Shown here piece by piece: positions 54,809 through 64,000 of a stretch of 64,000 nucleotides of DNA (within the stretch, counting starts at the first letter, position 1; every line of letters starts with the position of its first letter). Location of the stretch: contig OZ024741.1 of NCBI GenBank assembly GCA_964016885.1, forward strand, positions 306,590,001 to 306,654,000, given 5' to 3'. A program made the position numbers and the translations under genes. The stretch is from Eledone cirrhosa. Lineage: Eukaryota. The notes under the pieces were generated by a model. That model saw only the letters and a list, made by a program, of their open reading frames with translations. It had not been told where the DNA came from and made no database searches.

Positions 54809-56969
54809 CTGCAAAAAAGAATGAGCCAGATTAACAAATTAAAGCTGTATTATATGGAAGGAAATTTCAAAAGGATCTAAACTCCTAATGGAGCACACAT
54901 CCCTCTTTAGGTATGAACACAGCTAATTTCGTCGAAAGAAGAGTGAGAGAAATATAAGGAAATGTAGAAATATAGAAAAATTGAGCCCAGTACTGGACTG
55001 GTACTTTATTTATCAACCACAAAGTATCCCTAAAATGAAAGGCAAAGTTGAGCTTAATACGATTTGAACACAGACTATAGTGATTCAGACAAAATACCAG
55101 GGTATTTAATCTGATGTTCTCACTCTTTTAATTCATGACCTTTGTATAATATGAAACAATGAGATTCTACTATTTTCATACATTGATCAAAGACAGAGTT
55201 TTTATCATAAACGTAGTTGAATGTAAATTCAAACCATCTTCAACATTCAGAGCTAGTGCCTGTGAAAAGACTATCCTAGAATAGCTCTACAACATGTGTC
55301 ACTTTCTCTTCATTATGCACCTCATTTTCACAAATAAACTAATTTCATACTACAGTTTAGTAAATTGATGGCCTCAGAATTTCAACTGAAATCTCAAGAA
55401 AACCATATAGCATGAAAGAAAACTTTACAAAGAATTAATTATTAGTGTCACAAAAGGTGTACTGACACAAAATGATTAGCCCCCAAATTTTTATGTTTTC
55501 CAAATACAAAATTCCCCCCCCCCTCCAAATTTTTGCATAACAGAGACAATCTGTACTCCCCTTACTATGTAGGCCTTTGTGTTAAGCTAATCAGGTAGTA
55601 TGGGGAAATTATTAAGTTAAGTTAAATCGAGACTGAAATTTTGATATATACAGAGTGAATAACAATTAAAACATACTTGGTATTTAAAATCCCATAGTGG
55701 ATTATTATAATAATTGTTTTACATTTGGCACAAGGCCAGCAATTATCCCAGTGTATTACTGGTACTTTATTTTATGGACCCCGTAAGGATGAAAGGCAAA
55801 GATAACCTCGGCGGGATTTGAATTCAGTCCGTAAAGGGATATCTAATTAAGACACAAGACCAGTAAATTTGGGGGGGACAGGCAAAATACATTGAATGAA
55901 TCTCAATATTTGACTGATTACTTCATTTCATCAAATCTAGGGGTATGAAAGGGAAAGTTACCCTAAGTGATATGTAAACTCAAATCTTCAGAGCAGAACT
56001 TATACCGCAATAGCATGTTATTTGATGCTGTATTAATTCTGCCGATCCACTACACTAATAATTATTATAATAATAGAATTTGTATTACATTACATTACTC
56101 TCCATCTAATATTGTATATTCATGGTAAAGGCTTTACCTCACATAATTATCTCACATAAAATCGAATCTACAAGACGTTGATATTATTTATTTTGGAAAA
56201 AATACATTAATATCAGTAAGCAGCCAGTTACAGCCAGTTTGAAGAAAAAGTGATGAGAGAATTCTGGCAGAACATGGCTGATTTAAATGCTAAAGTGTTA
56301 AGCATACATATATTATAAATATACCTTCACATGTACAATCAAATAACCAAATGAATTGTTCTGCAATCTTGGGCATAAATTGAATAGAATGTCCTAAAGT
56401 TAAAATGTGTAATGGTGGTTACTGACATACAGGAAAGTTGCGATAGACAAATGTCCCAAATGACTACATCCTGTTGTTTAACTAAACTCTTAAGCACTAG
56501 GAGCATATCCATACCACAATTCCACTACAAAACCTATCCAGTTGCTCCATCATTCAACATACACGCCTACCATATGTTCATAAACATTACTCTTACACTA
56601 AACCCATGATAAAATACACTCAATACACTTTGTAAATTGTAGGAATGTACAGGATCAAGTTGCTGTCCTCAGCCACTCTGTGAGGACAAGTGTCCAATTG
56701 TGTGCTGACATGATCTGTGATAACTCATCTAATCTATGCTAGCATGGAAAAGTAGATTTTAAATGACAATGACCATGACAGCAACACCACCATGAGATCT
56801 TATTCTTAGTTGTATATGAATACATACACAACTCAAACTTTTCTTCATTTACATACATGCAGATTCTTATGAGAGTGTGTGTGTAAGAGTATGTGTGTGT
56901 TTATATAACCTGCCAGAGACATATATTTAATTGTTCACTAAAAGTTGATAAAATAAGGCAAGAACTTAC

Positions 56970-57104
56970 ATTTTGTGGTGGGACATGAAGTTTCGTGACA
57001 ATGGACTTTCCCCATCTCTGAGCAGCTACATTTATCACAGCCATTTAAACCTATGAACGTTACACCTACTTTGTATATGGTACCATGATACGCACATGTT
57101 ACTG
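56970..57104 (-). CDS. Exon, 6-Cys module
   Basis: 135 nt: VTCAYHGTIYKVGVTFIGLNGCDKCSCSEMGKVHCHETSCPTTK. Confidence 0.9.
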
Positions 57105-58945
57105 CTGCAAAAAAGAATTAGCCAGATTAACAAATTAGGGCTGTATTATATGGAAGGAAAGTTCAAAAGGATCTAAACTCCTAATGGAGCACACATCCCT
57201 CTTTAGGTATGAACACAGCTAATTTCGTCGAGAGAAGAGTGAGAGAAATATAATGAAATGTAGAAATATAGAAAAATTGAGCCCAGTACTGGACTGGTAC
57301 TTTATTTATCAACCACAAAGTATCCCTAAAGATGAAATGAAAGGCAAAGATGAGCTTAATGCGATTTGAACACAGACTATAGTGAGTCAGAAAAAATACC
57401 AGGGTATTTAATCTGATGTTCTCACTCTTTTAATTCATGACCTTTGTATAATATGAAACAATGAGATTCTATTGTCATACATTGATCAAAGACAGAGTTT
57501 TCATCATAAAGGTAGTTGAATGTAAATTCAAACCATCTTCAACATTCAGAGCCAGTGCCTGTGAAAAGACTATCCTAGAATAGCTCTACAACATGTGTCA
57601 CTTTCTATTCATTATGCACCTCATTTTCACAAATAAACTAATTTCATACTACAGTTTAGTAAATTGATGGCCTCAGAATTTCAAATGAAATCTCAAGAAA
57701 ACCATATAGCATGAAAGAAAACTTTACAAAGAATTAATTATTAGTGTCACAAAAGGTGTACTGACACAAAATGATTAGCCCCCAAATTTTTATGTTTTCC
57801 AACTACAACCCCCCCCCCCCCCTCCAAATTTTTGCATAACAGAGACAATCTGTACTCCCCTTACTATGTAGGCCTTTGTGTTAAGCTAATCAGGTAGTAT
57901 GGGGAAATTATTAAGTTAAATTAAATCGAGGCTAAAATTTTGATATATACAGAGTGAATAACAATTAAAACATACTTGGTATTTAAAATCCAATAGTGGA
58001 TTATTATAATAATTGTTTTAAATTTGGCACAAGGCCAGCAATTATTCCAGTGTATTACTGGTACTTTATTTTATGGACCCCGTAAGGATGAAAGGCAAAG
58101 ATAACCTCGGCGGGATTTGAATTCAGTCCGTAAAGCGATATCTAATTAAGACACAAGACCAGTAAATTTGGGGGGACAGGCAAAATACATTGAATGAATC
58201 TCAATATTTGACTGATTACTTCATTTCATCAAATCCAGGGTTATGAAAGGGAAAGTTACCCTAAGTGATATGCAAACTCAAATCTTCAGAGCAGAACTTA
58301 TACCGCAATAGCATGTTATTTGATGCTGTATTAATTCTGCCGATCCACTACACTAATAATTATTATAATAATAGAATTTGTATTAACCTGAAACATTTAC
58401 ATTACTCTAAAGTTGCGATAGACAAATGTCCCAAATGACTACGTCCTGTTGTTTAACTAAACTCTTAAGCACTAGGAGCATATCCATACCACAATTCCAC
58501 TACAAAACCTATGCAGTTGCTCCATCATTCAACATACACGCCTACCATATGTTCATAAACATTACTCTATACACTAAAGCCATGATAAAATACACTCAAT
58601 ACACTTTGTAAATTGTAGGAATGTACAGGATCAAGTTGCTGTCCTCAGCCACTCTGTGAGGACAATGGTCCAATTGTGTGCTGACATGGTCTGTGATAAC
58701 TCATCTAATCTATGCTAGCATGGAAAAGTAGATTTTTAATGACAATGACCATGACAGCAACACCACCATGAGATCTTATTCTTAGTTTTATATGAATACA
58801 TACACTACTCAAACTTTTCTTCATTTACATAGACGCAGACTCCTATGAGAGTGTGTGTGTCAGAGTATGTGTGTGTTTATATAACCTGCCAGAGACATAT
58901 ATTTAATTGTTCACTAAAAGTTGATAAAATAAGGCAAGAACTTAC

Positions 58946-59080
58946 ATTTTGTGGTGGGACATGAAGTTTCGTGACAATTGACTTTCCCCATATCTGAGCA
59001 GCTACATTTATCACAGCCATTTAAACCTATGAACGTTACACCTACTTTGTATATGGTACCATGATACTCACATGTCACTG
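58946..59080 (-). CDS. Exon, 6-Cys module
   Basis: 135 nt: VTCEYHGTIYKVGVTFIGLNGCDKCSCSDMGKVNCHETSCPTTK. Confidence 0.9.
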
Positions 59081-61238
59081 CTGCAAAAAAGAATTAGCCA
59101 GATTAACAAATTAAGGCTGTATTATATGGAAGGAAAGTTCAAAAGGATCTAAACTCCTAATGGAGCACACATCCCTCTTTAGGTATGAACACAGCTAATT
59201 TCGTCGAAAGAAGAGTGAGAGAAATATAAGGAAATGTAGAAATATAGAAAAATTGAGCCCAGTACTGGACTGGTACTTTATTTACCAACCACAAAGTATC
59301 CCTAAAGATGAAAGGCAAAGATGAGCTTAATGCGATTTGAATACAGATTATAGTGAGTCAGAAAAAATACCAGGGTATATATCTGATGTTCTCACTCTTT
59401 TAATTCATGACCTTTGTATAATATGAAACAATGAGATTCTACTATTTTCATACATTGATCAAAGACAGAGTTTTCATCATAAATGTAGTTGAATGTAAAT
59501 TCAAACCATCTTCAACATTCAGAGCCAGTGCCTGTGAAAAGACTATCCTAGAATAGCTCTACAACATGTGTCACTTTCTCTTCATTATGCACCTCATTTT
59601 CACAAATAAACTAATTTCATACTACAGTTTAGTAAATTGATGGCATCAGAATTTCAACTAAAATCTCAAGAAAACCATATAGCATGAAAGAAAACTTTAC
59701 AAAGAATTAATTATTAGTGTCACAAAAGGTGTACTGACACAAAATGATTAGCCCCCAAATTTTTATGTTTTTCAACTACAAAATTCTCCCCCCTCCAAAT
59801 TTTTGCATGACAGAGACAATCTGTACTCCCCTTACTATGTAGGCCTTTGTGTTAAGCTAATCAGGTAGTATGGGGAAATTATTAAGTTAAATTAAATCGA
59901 GGCTAAAATTTTGATATATACAGAGTGAATAACAATTAAAACATACTTGGTATTTAAAATCCCATAGTGGATTATTATAATACTTGTTTTCAATTTGACA
60001 CAAGGCCAGCAATTATTCCAGTTTATTACTGGTACTTTATTTTATGGACCCCGTAAGGATGAAAGGCAAATATAACCTCGGCGGGATTTGAATTCAGTCC
60101 GTAAAGGGATATCTAATTAAGACACAAGACCAGTAAATTTGGGGGGACAGGCAAAATACATTGAATGAATCTCAATATTTGACTGATTACTTCATTTCAT
60201 CAAATCCAGGGGTACGAAAGGGAAAGTAACCCTAAGTGATGTGTAAACTCAAATCTTCAGAGCAGAACTTATACCGCAATAGCATGTTATTTGATGCTGT
60301 ATTAATTCTGCCGATCCACTACACTAATAATTATTATAATAATAGAATTTGTATTACATTACATTACTCTCCACCTAATATTATATATTCATGGTAAAGG
60401 CTTTACCTCACATAATTATCTCACATAAAATCGAATCTACAAGACGTTGATATTATTTATTTTGGAAAAAATACATTAATATCAGTAAGCAGCCAGTTAC
60501 AGCCAGTTTGAAGAAAAAGTGATGAGAGAATTCTGGCAGAACATGGCTGATTTAAATGCTAAAGTGTTAAGCATACATATATTATAAATATACCTTCACA
60601 TGTACAATCAAATAACCAAATGAATTGTTCTGCAATCTTGGGCATAAATTGAATAGAATGTCCTAAAGTTAAAATGTGTAATGGTGGTTACTGACATACA
60701 GGAAAGTTGCGATAGACAAATGTCCCAAATGACCACATCCTGTTGTTTAACTAAACTCTTAAGCACTAGGAGCATATCCATACCACAATTCCACTACAAA
60801 ACCTATGCAGTTGCTCCATCACTCAACATACACGCCTACCATTGTTCATATACATTACTCTATACACTAAACCCATGATAAAATACACTCAATACACTTT
60901 GTAAATTGTAGGAATGTACAGGATCAAGTTGCTGTCCTCAGCCACTCTGTGAGGACAATGGTCCAATTGTGTGCTGACATGATCTGTGATAACTCATCTA
61001 ATCTATGCTAGCATGGAAAAGTAGATTTTAAATGACAATGACGATGACAGCAACACAAACATGAGATCTTATTCTTAGTTGTATATGAATACATACACTA
61101 CTCAAACTTTTCTTCATTTACATACATGCAGACTCTTATGAGAGTGTGTGTGTAAGAGTATGTGTGTGTTTATATAACCTGCCAGAGACATATATTTAAT
61201 TGTTCACTAAAAGTTGATAAAATAAGGCAAGAACTTAC

Positions 61239-61373
61239 ATTTTGTGGTGGGACATGAAGTTTCGTGACAAGTGACTTTCCCCATCTCTGAGCAGCTACAT
61301 TTATCACAGCCATTTAAACCTATGAACGTTACACCTACTTTGTATATGGTACCATGATACTCACATGTCACTG
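61239..61373 (-). CDS. Exon, 6-Cys module
   Basis: 135 nt: VTCEYHGTIYKVGVTFIGLNGCDKCSCSEMGKVTCHETSCPTTK. Confidence 0.9.
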
Positions 61374-63518
61374 CTGCAAAAAAGAATTAGCCAAATTAAC
61401 AAATTAAGGCTGTATTATATGGAAGGAAGGTTCAAAAGGATCTTAACTCCTAATGGAGCACACATCCCTCTTTAGGTATGAACACAGCTAATTTCGTCGA
61501 AAGAAGAGTGAGAGAAATATAAGGAAATGTAGAAATATAGAAAAATTGAGCCCAGTACTGAACTGGTACTTTATTTATCAACCACAAAGTATCCCTAAAG
61601 ATGAAAGGCAAAGATGAGCTTAATGCGATTTGAATATAGACTATAGTGAGTCAGAAAAAATACCAGGGTATTTAATCTGATGTTCTCACTCTTTTAATTC
61701 ATGACCTTTGTATAATATGAAACAATGAGATTCTACTATTTTCATACTTTGATCAAAGACAATGTAGTTGAATGTAAATTCAAACCATCTTCAACATTCA
61801 GAGCCAGTGCCTGTGAAAAGACTATCCTAGAATAGCTCTACAACATGTGTCACTTTCTCTTCATTATGCACCTCATTTTCAAAAATAAACTAATTTCATA
61901 CTACAGTTTAGTAAATTGATGGCGTCAGAATTTCAACTAAAATCTCAAGAAAACCATATAGCATGAAAGAAAACTTTACAAAGAATTAATTATTAGTGTC
62001 ACAAAAGGTGTACTGACACAAAATGATTAGCCCCCAAATTTTTTAATTTTTCAACTACAAAATTCTCCCCCCTCCAAATTTTAGCATAACAGAGACAATC
62101 TGTACTCCCCTTACTATGTAGGCCTTTGTGTTAAGCTAATCAGGTAGTATGGGGAAATTATTAAGTTAAATTAAATCAAGGCTAAAATTTTGATATATAC
62201 AGAGTGAATAACAATTAAAATATACTTGGTATTTAAAATCCCATAGTGGATTATTATAATAATTGTTTTAAATTTGGCACAGGGCCAGCAATTATCCCAG
62301 TGTATTACTGGTACTTTATTTTATGGACCCCGTAAGGATGAAAGGCAAAGATAACCTCGGCGGGATTTGAATTCAGTCCGTAAAGGGATATCTAATTAAG
62401 ACACAAGACCAGTAAATTTGGGGGGACAGGCAAAATAGATTGAATGAATCTCAATATTTGACTGATTACTTCATTGCATCAAATCCAGGGGTATGAAAGG
62501 GAAAGTTACCCTAAGTGATATGTAAACTCAAATCTTCAGAGCAGAACTCATACCGCAATAGCATGTTATTTGATGCTGTATTAATTCTGCCGATCCACTA
62601 CACTAATAATTATTATAATAATAGATTTTGTATTACATTACATTACTCTCCATCTAATATTGTATATTCATGGTAAAGGCTTTACCTCACATAATTATCT
62701 CACATAAAATCGAATCTACAAGACGTTGATATCATTTATTTTGGAAAAAATACATTAATATCAGTAAGCAGCCAGTTACAGCCAGTTTGAAGAAAAAGTG
62801 ATGAGAGAATTCTGGCAGAACATGGCTGATTTAAATGCTAAAGTGTTAAGCATACATATATTATAAATATACCTTCACATGTACAATCAAATAACCAAAT
62901 GAATTGTTCTGCAATCTTGGGCATAAATTGAATAGAATATCCTAAAGTTAAAATGTGTAATGGTGGTTACTGACATACAGGAAAGTTGCGATAGACAAAT
63001 GTCCCAAATGACTACGTCCTGTTGTTTAACTAAACTCTTAAGCACTAGGAGCATATCCATACCACAATTCCACTACAAAACCTAGGCAGTTGCTCCATCA
63101 TTCAACATACACGCCTACCATATGTTCATAAACATTACTCTATACACTAAACCCATGATAAAATACACTCAATACACTTTGTAAATTGTAGGAATGTACA
63201 GGATCAAGTTGCTGTCCTCCGCCACTCTGTGAGGACAATGGTCCAATTGTGTGCTGACATGGTCTGTGATAACTCATCTAATCTATGCTAGCATGGAAAA
63301 GTAGATTTTAAATGACAATGACCATGACAGCAATACAACCATCAGATCTTATTCTTAGTTGTATATGAATACATACACTACTCAAACATTTCTTCATTTA
63401 CATACATGCAGACTCTTATGAGAGTGTGTGTGTATGAGTATGTGAGTGTTTATATAACCTGCCAGAGACATATATTTAATTGTTCACTAAAAGTTGATAA
63501 AATAAGGCAAGAACTTAC

Positions 63519-63653
63519 ATTTTGTGGTGGGACATGAAGTTTCGTGACAATGGACTTTCCCCATCTCTGAGCAGCTACATTTATCACAGCCATTTAAACC
63601 TATAAACATTACACCTACTTTGTATATGGTACCATGATACGCACATGTCACTG
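63519..63653 (-). CDS. Exon, 6-Cys module (5'-most in window)
   Basis: 135 nt: VTCAYHGTIYKVGVMFIGLNGCDKCSCSEMGKVHCHETSCPTTK. Confidence 0.9.
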
Positions 63654-64000
63654 CTGCAAAAAAGAATGAGCCAGATTAACAAATTAAGGCTGTATTATAT
63701 GGAAGGAAAGTTCAAAAGGATCTAAACTCCTAATGGAGCACACATCCCTCTTTAGGTATGAACACAGCTAATTTCGTCGAAAGAAGAGTGAGAGAAATAT
63801 AAGGAAATGTAGAAATATAGAAAAATTGAGCCCAGTACTGGACTGGTACTTTATTTATCAACCATAAAGTATCCTTAAAGATGAAAGGCAAAGATGAGCT
63901 TAATGCGATTTGAACACAGACTATAGTGAGTCAGAAAAAATACCAGGGTATTTAATCTGATGTTCTCACTCTTTTAATTCATGACCTTTGTATAATATGA

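Larger units (their letters stand above)
407..63653 (-). other. Internal part of one multi-exon gene encoding a tandem array of 6-Cys VWC-N-terminal/pacifastin-like modules (about 1082 aa and 144 Cys if all 24 exons are joined)
   Basis: 24 symmetric phase-1 exons with canonical splice sites. Every junction codon is T|CA = Ser. No frameshift or stop seen. Family assignment rests on Cys spacing only. Confidence 0.88.
1..64000 (-). repeat. Tandem array of ~2.1-2.4 kb exon+intron units (26 unit positions plus 3 partial units), continuing past both window edges
   Basis: The same ordered landmarks recur throughout: gcactaggagcatatccatacc, gttcactaaaagttgata, gtgtcacaaaagg, aaaatcgaatctacaag. Units differ by scattered substitutions, indels and TE insertions. 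Confidence 0.98.

Noticed and set aside
407-63653. Assigning a gene symbol (kielin/chordin-like, vWF, pacifastin)
   Set aside because: Modules lack the VWC C-terminal CCxxC half and the pacifastin CN and CT residues. No flanking domains are visible to establish orthology.
1-64000. CRISPR array, prokaryotic system or non-coding satellite
   Set aside because: No short repeat-spacer structure and no cas or other prokaryotic genes. Spliceosomal signals and eukaryotic retroelements are present, and the repeat carries a constrained exon.
1-64000. Array as an assembly artefact
   Set aside because: Units are substantially diverged and carry private insertions with TSDs and hierarchical shared variants. 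The exact copy number could still be mis-assembled.

Overview
AT-rich eukaryotic genomic DNA. The SINE and RTE-LINE content suggests a mollusc, probably a cephalopod such as Octopus; this is inference only. The whole window is a diverged tandem array of a ~2.1-2.4 kb unit that looks like macrosatellite but is a coding exon array on the minus strand. It holds 24 intact 135-138 nt exons, all phase 1-1 with AG acceptors and GTAAGT donors. Each encodes a 45-46 aa six-cysteine module, consensus S-VTCEYHGTIYKVGVMFIGLNGCDKCSCSEMGKVTCQETSCSTTK. The spacing C-x18-C-x2-C-x-C-x3-G-x3-C-x4-C resembles the N-terminal half of a VWC domain or a pacifastin-like module. By my reading all 24 exons are free of indels and stops, keep all six Cys, and encode distinct peptides, while the introns are full of indels and insertions. 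No start, signal peptide or stop exon is visible, so the gene probably runs off both ends. The ORF track misses these exons. The introns contain two tRNA-derived SINE families, two RTE-type LINE remnants, a deleted Ty3/Gypsy element, and a (TA)n-flanked insert with a hammerhead-ribozyme-like motif. The array also shows higher-order repeats and clean exon-removing deletions.
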